The notes below the pieces were generated by a model, which saw only the letters and a list, made by a program, of their open reading frames with translations, was not told the DNA's origin and ran no database searches. DNA of 62,024 bases, counting the filler, from Limisphaerales bacterium (GTDB lineage Bacteria > Verrucomicrobiota > Verrucomicrobiia > Limisphaerales > SIBE01): NCBI GenBank assembly GCA_044225505.1. It is 3 parts of 3 records of this genome, joined end to end, with 100 filler letters (N's around TTAATTAATTAA, not from the genome) between each part and the next. Parts side by side here need not be neighbours in the genome. Positions count along the whole stretch, not along the records: positions 1 to 29,459 come from JBGAIN010000099.1; 2 more parts are not named here. One strand, given 5' to 3'. Shown in pieces: positions 19,143 through 29,559 of this stretch; position 1 is the stretch's first letter; every line of letters begins with the position of its first letter. Position numbers and translations under genes: made by a program.

Positions 19143-20174
19143 CTAGGCACCCATGCCTTCTTCGAAAGACCCCGCGGCGACAGGGAAGATCAGGTTGTCA
19201 CGCACGAATTGGATGCCGTTAGCGCTTGTCGCATCCAGATCGCGGTAGGCGCTTTCAGCTTCTACAATCAGGGGGGCAGTTTTGGCCTTCATGACTTCGC
19301 AATAGCGCTGCGGGTAGCCCACGTGCATGAGCAACTCGACGTATCGGGTCATGTTTAAATCGCCCGTGGGAATGTCCACGAATTGCATCGCACGTTTTTG
19401 CCAGCCCCCTTCCATCATTCGCAACGGAATGTTCGGCCGAATGACGAAGTTCTTCACGTGGCAAGAGTAAATGCGCGAACCCACTTTCAGAAACCGCGTT
19501 TCCCAGCTCTCGCCTTCCCAACAGTGTGACGGGTCGGCGTTCACGGCGAGAGTCTTATCGCCATCGCAAATCTGAACCAACATATTAAAGTCGTCGGCGC
19601 ACATGGCCCCAGTACCCGGATGGATTTCGTGAGCGAGGTAGATCCCGAGTGACTTCGCTTGACCGCGAATCTTGGCCGTTTTCTTAACGAAGCGTTCCTG
19701 CCCAGCTTTGAGGAGATCGAAGTCGCCTCCTGCCCAGAACCCCCAAGGATAGCCCGTGGCCATCTCCCAGCCGAATGCCACACCCCAAAACATGGGCAAC
19801 ACTTTAATTCCGAGTTCAACCGCCAGATCCATCAGTCGCAAAATATAATCCTCGGCCCATTTTTCGATTTCGTCCGCAGGCTTCTTAGCGACATCGGCTG
19901 GGATGAAGGGGCGGATGGTCGGACTTCCAGTCCATGCTGTCGTATGCACCCAAAACGGGCAGTGGGTCGAAATTCCATCCAAGGTCAGCCCCGCTTTGGC
20001 AAAGGCGTCCTTGATCTCCTTCGCGCTTTTAAATCCTTGGTCGGCCTGGAGCATATAATTGGAGGGCTGGGCGCCTGAAGCTCCGGACTTTTTCGCGTAA
20101 TCGAGGAACTGCGTGAGACTCTTGGCGCCGTGCTGAGCGCCCTCAATACTAGGATGAAAGCAGGTCTGAGCCAT
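19143..20174 (-). CDS. Sugar phosphate isomerase/epimerase (xylose-isomerase-like TIM barrel)
   Basis: Metal-ligand motifs AHEIHPG, NADPSH, CHVK and IVEAE. Confidence 0.88.
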   Translation of the reverse strand: MAQTCFHPSIEGAQHGAKSLTQFLDYAKKSGASGAQPSNYMLQADQGFKSAKEIKDAFAKAGLTLDGISTHCPFWVHTTAWTGSPTIRPFIPADVAKKPADEIEKWAEDYILRLMDLAVELGIKVLPMFWGVAFGWEMATGYPWGFWAGGDFDLLKAGQERFVKKTAKIRGQAKSLGIYLAHEIHPGTGAMCADDFNMLVQICDGDKTLAVNADPSHCWEGESWETRFLKVGSRIYSCHVKNFVIRPNIPLRMMEGGWQKRAMQFVDIPTGDLNMTRYVELLMHVGYPQRYCEVMKAKTAPLIVEAESAYRDLDATSANGIQFVRDNLIFPVAAGSFEEGMGA

Positions 20175-20310
20175 AGTAATTCTAGATTAATTTTTTCGCT
20201 GTGCGTGAGCCAGGATTTAACGAGGGTCTCGAGTGGATTGCAACTTGAATCTCCGCTACCGCCCCGGGAAAACAGCCCCCTCGCAAGCCTTCTAACCTGC
20301 CAAGATTCGG

Positions 20311-20955
20311 TCAGTCTCGCGGCTGAGCTCCGACCCGTCTCAGTGGGAAGTCCCTGCGTGTTATATATTGGCTGCCGGCCGGGGTTGTGTCACTCTGGAC
20401 TAACTGGATTGATTCGAGGAGCCACGGTGTAACAGGTTGAGATCCCGAGTCGCAAATGCTTTGGCAGAGTTCCCGAGGCAGCCGGGCGTCTGGTCGCACC
20501 CGGCCGATCGTTAGGTGTGGATGGAAATTCTTCGTCTCGAAATGGCTTCCGAATCCACGGCATAGCCTCTGGACAGCGTCCTGCAGACTCTGAAGTTTCG
20601 CGAGATCGCCCTTCAGACCAAACCAAATGATTCGAGGCTGTCCCGTTGACGGAAAGAAACCCGTTCCTCTGACAGAAAGCGCTACTGGGCTCGCCGCTGC
20701 CGTGATATCGGCCAGACCCGTGGTAATGGAGTCGAGCTTGTCGACGGGGAGATTACCAAAGAAATACAAGGTGAGGTGAATCTGCCTGGGGGACATCCAC
20801 CGGACCAGGCGAAGACGGAATTGATTGGCCAATCGAGATTGTTCGTGAACGACTTTTTCGAGGGACGACGGATCCAGTTTAGCACCGACAAATGCGCGGA
20901 AAGAGGAAATCGGGGGCGGGAGGCCTGGCTGAGTCGGGATATGCGAAGGCGTCAT
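20311..20955 (-). CDS. thpR: RNA 2',3'-cyclic phosphodiesterase (2H family)
   Basis: RAFVG, two HxT motifs (HLTLYFFG, HPHLTIGR), PRIIW, and LVQS..G..Y. Confidence 0.9.
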   Translation of the reverse strand: MTPSHIPTQPGLPPPISSFRAFVGAKLDPSSLEKVVHEQSRLANQFRLRLVRWMSPRQIHLTLYFFGNLPVDKLDSITTGLADITAAASPVALSVRGTGFFPSTGQPRIIWFGLKGDLAKLQSLQDAVQRLCRGFGSHFETKNFHPHLTIGRVRPDARLPRELCQSICDSGSQPVTPWLLESIQLVQSDTTPAGSQYITRRDFPLRRVGAQPRD

Positions 20956-20980
20956 GGCGCACGGCACGCCTTCGGCCAGC

Positions 20981-21844
20981 CTATGGTTTTGGAACAACCT
21001 CCTGGAGCCGACGAAGGTCTCGTAATTCGTGCCCGTTTGAGGTGAGTTTGCTCTGAAGGTTCGCTTTCTTGGGCCAGAACCATTTCCAGTATTCCACGTG
21101 CGTATCAGCGAAAGTGATGTTGCAACCCTGGTTGTGGCGATCGGAAGGAGTGCTTGTCCATGTCCCGGAAGCAATCGTGAATTTCTCGCGCGGCAGGATC
21201 CGGAAAGAGCCCAACCAAGCGCTAGCTTCGTGTTCTTCTATAAAAACGAAAGTGCGGTCGGGACCAGGGCTAACCAGCTCAGAATCTTTCACTTTCACGC
21301 GTGGATCAATACCTTCGTCATCGCCATTCAAGAAGGTGCTCATGGAATAACTTCGACTACGGAGAATATCTGGATGGCCGATGACTTTTGAGCGGTCGGC
21401 CGGACAATGATAGATCGCTACCGACTTCTCCGTATGCGGAAAAAGTGTGCCGCGGACGATGTTGGCGGGGGTAGTGTCTTCTTTGGGGCTGCCTACCACC
21501 CATGAATTGGAGGAACTTCGCCGACCGAAGAACCGCTCGTTGAGAGGTCCAGCAACGGACCGATTAAGCGGCATAAAGTCATCGTTCTCATCAATATAAA
21601 TGCGCCAGGCAATCTGTAACTGCCGCATGTTATTCATGCAGCTGACTCGATGACTTTTAGCCTTAGTGTTGCTGAATGCAGTCGAGAGTAGACTGGCAAG
21701 AATTCCGACGATGAGCACGACGACCATCAACTCGACCAGGGTAAATGCACTCAGCGATGGGCGTGGGAAATGGACAGCACTTCCGCTCGACTGGGCGCCT
21801 TTCGCAATTGAGCCCGCCGTGCTTAGGGTTCGATGGCCGAACAT
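20981..21844 (-). CDS. Prepilin-type N-terminal cleavage/methylation protein with H-X9-DG-like domain
   Basis: AFTLVELMVVVLIVGILASLL, CMNNMRQL, YHCPAD, RSYSM, RHNQGCNITFADTH. Confidence 0.92.
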   Translation of the reverse strand: MFGHRTLSTAGSIAKGAQSSGSAVHFPRPSLSAFTLVELMVVVLIVGILASLLSTAFSNTKAKSHRVSCMNNMRQLQIAWRIYIDENDDFMPLNRSVAGPLNERFFGRRSSSNSWVVGSPKEDTTPANIVRGTLFPHTEKSVAIYHCPADRSKVIGHPDILRSRSYSMSTFLNGDDEGIDPRVKVKDSELVSPGPDRTFVFIEEHEASAWLGSFRILPREKFTIASGTWTSTPSDRHNQGCNITFADTHVEYWKWFWPKKANLQSKLTSNGHELRDLRRLQEVVPKP

Positions 21845-22185
21845 ATCGGAGCGAATCGTGGCTTGCTACCGGTACCATCCCAGATTTGCCGCTTGCAGTC
21901 AATCTCTAACGACTCATAAACCGGAGCCTCAGGACAGACTCCTGTGTTCTGTCAAACAAGTTTGCCTCACGGAGAGCGCGGAGTGCCACTTGGCGACGTG
22001 CTGGCTCAATTAGGCCTGAAGCTATTCCGGATCCAGCTAGGGCATCTCAGGCAGAGGAAAAATGAGAGTCGGTGGGGGGATGTTGATCTAGTCTAGAGCT
22101 TTCAATTAAAGCTGAGCCGCCACCATTAGATGACGGCTCATTGTCTGCAAGCCTGTTGAAGGCCAAGGTGTTGCGGGCGACTGGG

Positions 22186-22494
22186 CTATCGAGTGGCGTC
22201 TTGACGCGCGTCCGATTCTTTCTTGGCGGCGTCAGCGGCGGCATCAACCTTCTTCTTGTCGGCCTCGATCTGAGCTTTGGCGGATTTCTCCTGAGCATCA
22301 ATTCGAGCCTTTTCCGCCTTAGTGTCGGCGTTTAAACGGTCGCGCGCAGCCTCAGCGGCATCATCAACCGTCTTCTTTTGCGCGTTCAGCTGATCCTGGG
22401 TGGCATCCTTGCTTTGCTCGATGGCGTCTCGTTCTGGTCGATTGCAACCGAGCAGGGCGACCGCAGCGAACAACATGATTAGGATATTTTTCAT
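22186..22494 (-). CDS. Small helical Ala/Lys/Asp-rich lipoprotein
   Basis: Lipobox ALLGC followed by low-complexity coiled repeats. Confidence 0.8.
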   Translation of the reverse strand: MKNILIMLFAAVALLGCNRPERDAIEQSKDATQDQLNAQKKTVDDAAEAARDRLNADTKAEKARIDAQEKSAKAQIEADKKKVDAAADAAKKESDARQDATR

Positions 22495-22604
22495 AACCTA
22501 ATTTGGCGCTTCTAGCGCCGGTCACAATCGGGACGGGGCCCTGAGCTAAGGTTCCACGGCGCCCTGAGAGTGATGCCGGGGTGACCTGTGGGGTTCAAGG
22601 GAAT

Positions 22605-22629
22605 CCCTCTCCCCGGTCTGAGGAGAGGG
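22605..22629. repeat. Short palindrome CCCTCTCC...GGAGAGGG (REP-like or terminator)
   Basis: 8-bp inverted repeat just downstream of the DUF1501 stop. Confidence 0.45.
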
Positions 22630-22639
22630 CGGACAGCAT

Positions 22640-24010
22640 CTAGCCAAGGAAGTTGAGTTGCTGAAAGCCGTCTGGGTCCTTCCCGGCGGCAGTGGTATAC
22701 CCCGGGATAATTTCGTCCAAAAGGGCTGGGCTATCTCCGAAATGTCGGGTTAGAATTTCGCCGAAAACGGCTCGGAAATCGGTTTTACGGCTTAAGTATC
22801 GCCCGCTCTTGGAGAACATATCTCCTTGTTTCCAGCGGGTGGAATCGCAGTTGTAGACGCCACCGCGGACACCTCCGCCAGCGACGAACATGACACTGGA
22901 GTCTGCATGGTCCGTTCCACCGCCGCCGTTTTCTTTGGAGGTTCGGCCGAATTCCGTCATCGTGACGACGATGACTTGGTCCCACTGAGATTGGAGATCG
23001 CGGTAAAGCGCTTGAAACCCTTGCGCCAAGCTGTTGAGAAGGTTCCCATGCTCTCCATTGATTTGGCCTTGTTTGCCATGGGTATCCCAACCGCCGACGT
23101 TAAGCCCGATAACTTTGACCGGGGTACGTTTCAGCAGCATCGCAGCCTGGGTTAATTTGTCACCCAAACTGTTTTTCGGATAGACAGCTCCGTTCTCGGG
23201 GGTATAGGTCCCTTGCGCCACGGCGGCCTGTAGCGTGCCTAACGTGGCGCCCAGGAGTTGTCCGGTTTGGTAGATCAGAGGCCGGTACGCCTTTTCGGCT
23301 GAATCGGGCGCGCTGCCATAGAGACCCAATAATCCCGTTCCATCGGTGCTACCGGGGCTGGTCGGCCCTTTCCCAAGAAATTTTTGCGATTGAGCAGCTC
23401 CACCCGCGAATGCGAAATCGGTCGCCTTGGCGAAGTTCGGAATGGGCTGGTCGCCTTTTAGCGCCACCATTTGCGAGCTCGAGATAGCGGCGGCGACGAA
23501 TGCGTTGGCCTGATTTTTTAGATCCATTGTTTTGGCCAAATGCCTGTAGAAGAAGCCTTCTTCCAACTTTGAATTGCCTGGTGCGCCGTTCTGCCAGTAC
23601 TGTTCGCTGTCAAAATGGGACTGCGATTGGCCGGAGTAACCGATCCGGTGCAGCACTGCGAGGTTGCCGGGCCCGTCTTGCCCGTTAAGCGTGGACCGGT
23701 TGTAAATCTCCATCATTGGCTGGAGCCGGGGATGGAGTTGAGCGAAGCCGTTGCCCGTGTCGAGAGCAAGGTTTTGAGGGACATACAGCGACGGTCGGTT
23801 GGTCGTATTAGAGTCTGGATCTCCCGTTGGGATGACGGTGTTGATCCCATCATTTCCGCCGTTTTGAAAAATGAAGATCAGCTTTTTGTTGCTGTCAGCA
23901 TTGCCCGCGAGGATTTCCCGTTGCAAAAAGCCATTGGTGAATGGGCTGATACCCAGGGCCCCAAAGGTCAAACACCCGGCTTTGAAGAATTGGCGACGCG
24001 AGAGAATCAT
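22640..24010 (-). CDS. DUF1501 family protein with Tat signal
   Basis: SRRQFFK Tat motif, GGNDGINT, SHFDS, GGWDTH, TEFGRT..ENG..GTDH. Confidence 0.92.
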   Translation of the reverse strand: MILSRRQFFKAGCLTFGALGISPFTNGFLQREILAGNADSNKKLIFIFQNGGNDGINTVIPTGDPDSNTTNRPSLYVPQNLALDTGNGFAQLHPRLQPMMEIYNRSTLNGQDGPGNLAVLHRIGYSGQSQSHFDSEQYWQNGAPGNSKLEEGFFYRHLAKTMDLKNQANAFVAAAISSSQMVALKGDQPIPNFAKATDFAFAGGAAQSQKFLGKGPTSPGSTDGTGLLGLYGSAPDSAEKAYRPLIYQTGQLLGATLGTLQAAVAQGTYTPENGAVYPKNSLGDKLTQAAMLLKRTPVKVIGLNVGGWDTHGKQGQINGEHGNLLNSLAQGFQALYRDLQSQWDQVIVVTMTEFGRTSKENGGGGTDHADSSVMFVAGGGVRGGVYNCDSTRWKQGDMFSKSGRYLSRKTDFRAVFGEILTRHFGDSPALLDEIIPGYTTAAGKDPDGFQQLNFLG

Positions 24011-24041
24011 AAGCGATCTAGAGCAGAGGATTGAACTTGGG

Positions 24042-27000
24042 TTATTGGTTGTGCCATTGGGGTGCAGAGAGCATAAGCCCGAGCATTTCCTGAATGCGGC
24101 TGGCAAAGTCTTTAGCTGTTGGGTCGAGCGGTAAAGGATTGCCCGCTCGGTCGGTAGAAACAAATTTCACGAGGAGGGCACGATTCTCCGCTGACAATCC
24201 TCCCTGAAAGAAGAGGCTATCGAAGGTGTTGACGATTCCTTCGGCGGTTTTGTTTGGCACTCGATTAAGCAGGGTGGTAAGATCCCAAGGCGTTGTGGCT
24301 TCGGTTTTTCCGGTGACGGCCTGGACGAATTTAATACGTTCCAGCAAGCTGCCCGTGTCCATCCAATCAAAGCCTAATTCAGACCAACCGTCGGGCATGT
24401 CACGGTCAAAGGTATGCATGCCAATGCGGTCATTGTAAGTTGGGAGTTTGGTTCCCGAAACGTCCGCGTTCAGGGCTCGGAGTGTGCTGTTGATAAACTC
24501 GATAGGCGTTTTGATTTTGCTGCGATAAGCGCTGCCCGTCCAAAAGTAGTTATGCTGGCTGGCTGGGCTGAAGATGGCGCGCAGCACCGTTTTTATGTTC
24601 CCGGCGGGCGCCGTTGAGCCCCAGGCAGCGATAGCGTCGTCCATTAGATTGCGCAAGCCTTCGGGCGCCGTGCCGTTCCGGTAAGATTGTAGCGTGATCT
24701 GATCAGAAACAAATTTGTTGATTAGCTTCAGGCAGATGAATTCACGCGTGGAAGGATGGTTCACCATCGCGTCGATCACGTCGGTGGCATCTTTGAGCCC
24801 ATCCAGCCCGGTGCGGTTGGCCGGAATATGCATTTCGTAAGGTGTTCCTGCGAAGAGTGTTTTCGCGGATGGATCGTGATCCGCGGGGTTGAATCGAAAA
24901 GTCCAGACTCCGTTGGGGTCGCCGTTTTCGATACTGTCGGGCAAAAGATCTCGTAACAGGAGGCGCGGATGCGCGGAAAGGTCCGAACTGTCCCGGGTGA
25001 TATTGTGGACCTGGACGGCCAACACGTTCTTTTCCGGGGCTGGCTTAAGTAAGTTAAGAAACTTCTTCAGGCTGAAATACTCCACGGCCTGTAAGGCTTC
25101 GTGGCTGGCGCTGGCTGGCGTATTGAACTTGGGGGGAGTGCCGGTGTCGCTCATCGAATCACTGCGAGCTACTTCGACCCCGTTCAGATAAGCAACGAAT
25201 CCATCGTCATAATCCATGGCTAGGAGCAGATTCTGAAGTTGGCCCGGATCGGCGACGGTAAAACTACGCCGGAGATAAACGGAGAGATAATTATTCTGCA
25301 TGTCCGAGAGTTCGGTCGCAACGTCGTTATCTCCGTAGCCAATCGGTGGAGCCGTCTAGCCAGCCTGTGTCGTTGAAGGTGGCCCGAGCCCACTGGAGCG
25401 TGGGTGCCGCCTGCCCATCGGGTGTGGGCTCGGCTGTACCCTTGAAGTATTTCCATCCGGGACCTTCTTCGAGGAACGGCGTGTCTTGGACTTGCACGCT
25501 AGCGTTCGTCGGAGGGGTTCGGGCCGAAGCAGGAAATGCCAGCTTCTCATCAGGCCATACCTTACGGACTGTCCAGCCCGTGAAGCATTTGGCCAGTTGC
25601 TCGATATCCGTCTGGGTATAGCGATTATCGACCCCGAAAGCGAAAAGTTCCATGATCTCCCGAGCATAGTTCTCATTTGGAGTGCCCTTGCGATTGAGGA
25701 CGCTATCGAGGTAAATCAGCATCGCCGGACTGGTGGCGCTATAGAGCAAAAGGTCTCCAAAGTCGCCTACAGCGTGATCGAGGAAGAACTTGTGCTCTTC
25801 GTACTCGGCTTGGGCCGCTTCCTGGGCGGATTGCTCATCTGACATGGCATCGCTAGTATCCGAGTTGCGCAGTTGGTTGAAGTAGTCGTAGACCTTGTCG
25901 TAGTCGGTCGTGAAATGGTTGTCCCAGAACTCGGCCAGAGTGGATTGGAGCTGTCGTTTGGAATCGACACCGTAGACGTGCACGAGTTGCTGCAATTCTG
26001 TGAGACCTTTAATCCGTTTCACCGGAGGCACAGGCAAGATCGTGCGGCTGAGGAGTTGCGGAATCATCGAGGCATCGCTGCTGGCCAATTCGACGTTGTG
26101 CACTTCGATCGACAACACGTTTCCCTTGGTTTGCAGGAGCGCTTTGTGGGACGTGAGATCATATTCGACAGGACTACCCGCCTCATGTCCGTCGGATGCA
26201 GGGGCATTATACGCAGGCGGCGTGCCCGTCATGTTTTCTCGCGCCACTTCCACGCCGTTCAAATAAGCGACGAACCCGTCGTCGAAATCGACGCGCAACA
26301 CGAGCCGATCGACTTTGGCGGGATCAGCGACGTCAAAACGAGTTCGCAGGAAAGCGGCGAGGTATCCGTTTTGCATGTCCGCCAGGACTGTGGCGTCGTC
26401 ATCGTCCCCGTAGCCGAAACCGGACGCGCCCTCCAGCCAGGTCGAATCGTCGAAGTTCAATGCCGTCCAATTCGCGGGAGGAGCTTGGGTCCCTTTGAAA
26501 TATCGCCACAGATCACCGGTTTTGACCAAGGTCGAGTCGTCGCCCGGTTGATAGATTGTGAACAGATCGGCTTCATGCTGTGTGAGGCGTGTGTTGTTGG
26601 ATTCGTCGAGCGTCTCTGGGTTTAGTTGCCTCTCGACATAATTCGCAACGCCCATGCTCCTGATGGCATCCAAATCATCCGGGCTCATCCCGTAGCCAAG
26701 GCGATTCAGCACGTGGCCCATTTTCTCCTCTTCTGTCAGAGCTACATCATTCGGATAGAAAGCATTGAAATGAGCAGGCCCAGAATACGTTGAGGTTGGC
26801 ACGGCGGATTCCGTCCCAGCCCGGACTTTCATGAATCGAATCTGGCCCGAGACCGGGACACTGAACGAAACGATGGCCTCGGCGCCATTCAGCCCGCCCG
26901 CTACGAGGGGTTCGGGGTAGCCATGGACAATATCGTCCCCGGCTTCGAGGACTACATGTCCATAGCCTGAAGGGATGTTGACGTAAACGAGTAGCTTGTT

Positions 27001-27153
27001 GCTTTGAACAGCCACCGAACTGATGATTGGACTAGGCGCTGCTGTGGTCTGAGGCGCATGGTGCTGGGCCACGAACAGGAGCGAAGTACATATGAGCAGC
27101 CTGAAAGAGGTTTTAGGTCCAAACTGGTGCATGGCAGTTGAAGAAGTATGCAA
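24042..27153 (-). CDS. DUF1800 family protein with two inserted beta-sandwich modules, frameshifted near 25344 (split as 25327-27153 and 24042-25301)
   Basis: DUF1800 motifs HVLNRLGYG, FWDNHF, SPAMLIYLD, PNENYAREIMELF, FTGW, HPST and KIKTPIEF are distributed over both ORFs. The duplicated DDGFVAYLNGVEVAR module spans the break. Confidence 0.88.
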
Positions 27154-27594
27154 TTTTCAGGCCAATGATTCTCAAAGACGCTCGTTTCATGAGAAAATCC
27201 GCCCGCAAGCGTCCGTTGAACTGTCGCTGAAAGCCGAATTTGTCAGAACTGCAATGACTAGGATGGCTGGACGTCCCGTTGTTCAAATTCTTGTCTTGGT
27301 TCCATGCAAGTGGAGTGATCGGAGGTCACCGATTGTTCAAGACCATGGCGCATAATTCGGGAACTCGGACGCCACCGCGAGGACTAGCAGCACTGATCTG
27401 AGAGCGGCGCTTTAAAGCCTCCTGCGATGTGGCGTGGAAATGGATAATCCATTACACCATGGCACGGGGGATGCCAGTTGGGCAATCGCGCTTCGTCAAG
27501 GTTTCCCTCTTTGCCAGCAGTTAAATCTAGGATCGCTGCCGTCACCTGGAAATATGCACTTTGCCCCATCTCACTGCGGAGAATCCCCCATCTC

Positions 27595-29459
27595 TTACGC
27601 CGCTTGAAGCGCCTGTCGCTTCTCGACTTCGCTAATGAGCCGGTTGCCCAAACTCCGAAGCAACGCCTTGGCCCGGTCGGAAACCTGATGCGGTTCCGTG
27701 TCGGTGATACAAAGGATGCCAACGACATGTCCACCCCGAGTTCGCAACGGCACTCCAGTGTAAAACCGGATTCCGCGAGCCTTGAGCACCGGATCATTCG
27801 CGTAACGGAGATCTTGCGCTATGTCTGGCACATCGATGACATCATCGGTCGGGGCGGACATTGTGCCGAGCGATGTTTCTCGGAGGCCAACAGCGCTGCT
27901 GAGGTCGGCTGGGAGGCCTCCGTGCGATTTCCAGAACTCGCCATCCGTATCAATCAGGGAAACGAGCGAGACTGGCACATTCATAATTTTGGCGGCCTGG
28001 CGAGTGATCGAAGCGAAGATTTCTTCCGGTTCGGACTCCAGAGCCGCCGTGGGGGGCGCGTCAACCAACGGTTTGTCAATCGGTTTAAGCGGGGTATGTC
28101 GCTTCGCGATTTCCGCAGCTTCCAAGACGGACTCGACGCGGGTGACGGCATCGGCGAGGCGGGTGACGACCGCATCGGAGCACGACGAGGCCAGCCGCCC
28201 TGCGACTTCGGTCGGGTGAGCGGCGGGATCCCAGATTCCGATGATGATCTTCAGGTTCGGAAACTCATGTTTCAATCGCTTGCAAGTCTGGCGCGCGGCA
28301 TTGACGGCGAACGGCGGGATTCCTGAGATACAGACCGTTGTGATCCCCTCGTTGCGGATTTCCTTAAACCATTCCCCGGCCAAGGTTTTGGCGGGCATGG
28401 CACGGGCTGGCAGTCCTGCTCGGTCAAGCAACTGCGCCAACATCAAACCCGCCAACTCGTCTGACTCGTCTCGGGCGGGAACGCAAAGGACGGGCGAGGA
28501 ACTAAAATCGCCCTTGGCTGAGGCGGTCGCGCTATTGAGTTCGGCTTTGGCTTCCCGTTCGCCCAGGGCATCGATTATCTCCCGAGTATTCTGGACGATA
28601 AAGGCCTGGCGCACTTCCGCGAGTGAGCCTTTGTGCCGATCTTGTTCGGCAAAACTCAGGGCCGGGATGACGACTTTGTCGTAGAATTCCGTCAGTGATT
28701 TTTCTTGGACATATTTGGTCGAGAGTCGCGTGAGTTCGTCTTCGTCCATCGCAAGCATTCGCTGATAAAAGCGTGCCTCCGGTTCCAAAACGGGATCGCT
28801 TCCGAGCAAGACGCTGAGGAAGCTTAGGCCGGGAACATACTTGCCGAGGACGAGCAAGCAGACCGTGAGAGGCGTCGAAAGGAGCAGACCGATCGTTCCC
28901 CAGAGCCAAGTCCAGAAGATGGCGGCCACGAGCAGGGCGATGTTGGAGATGCCGGTGCTCGCGCCGTAAAGCCACGGTTCGATGACATTATTGCTAATCA
29001 ATTCAATGATCAAGAACAGCCCCGCGGTGAGAACTGGCTTTGTCCAACCTGGGTCGACGGCAATCGCCAACGCCATGGGGAAGGCGGCGGCTATCCAGGG
29101 TCCCACAAATGGAATAAATCGAAGTAGAGTGGCCAAAAGTCCCCACAAAAACGCGTTGGGCACCCCTATGAAGTAGAGCCCGATGCCGATGGGAATGCCA
29201 TAAGTGGCATTGACCACCAGTTGCATCAAGAGGTAACGGCTAACGCGCTGCGTTGCGTCGTCAACCGCTTCAGTCGCAACGTTAAGTTCTCCGCCGCTGA
29301 CCAGTTTCAGGAATCGCTCGCGCAGGTCTTCACGCTGAAATAGCATCAGCACAACGAAAAACACAACGGCAGCGGCGGTGCCCAAAGGCTTCAACACTGG
29401 GCCGATGATGTTCGCGATGACCTGGATTGGAGTCGGTTTTGGAGCCCGCACTTCCACAG
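27595..29459 (-). CDS. AI-2E family transporter with C-terminal Rossmann-like and GAF domains (5' truncated at contig edge)
   Basis: REDLRERFL, LLRFIPFVGPW, NVIEPWLYG, FWTWLWG..GLLLSTPLT. GAF motif DLRYANDP..IRFYTGVPL..GILCITD. Confidence 0.9.
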
Positions 29460-29559
29460 NNNNNNNNNNNNNNNNNNNNNNNNNNNNNNNNNNNNNNNNN
29501 NNNTTAATTAATTAANNNNNNNNNNNNNNNNNNNNNNNNNNNNNNNNNNNNNNNNNNNN
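29460..29559. other. Artificial contig linker (N44-TTAATTAATTAA-N44)
   Basis: Six-frame stop spacer flanked by Ns. The genes on both sides are truncated. Confidence 0.98.

Noticed and set aside
27478..28326. Long antisense ORFs (also 43987-44766, 52878-53699, 29837-30679, 50835-51581)
   Set aside because: Shadow frames opposite well-supported genes in GC-rich DNA, with no motifs.
29460..29559. TTAATTAATTAA palindrome within Ns (also at 58863-58962)
   Set aside because: Artificial six-frame-stop contig spacer. Adjacency across it, such as AI-2E/gspD or fsr/cassettes, has no biological meaning.
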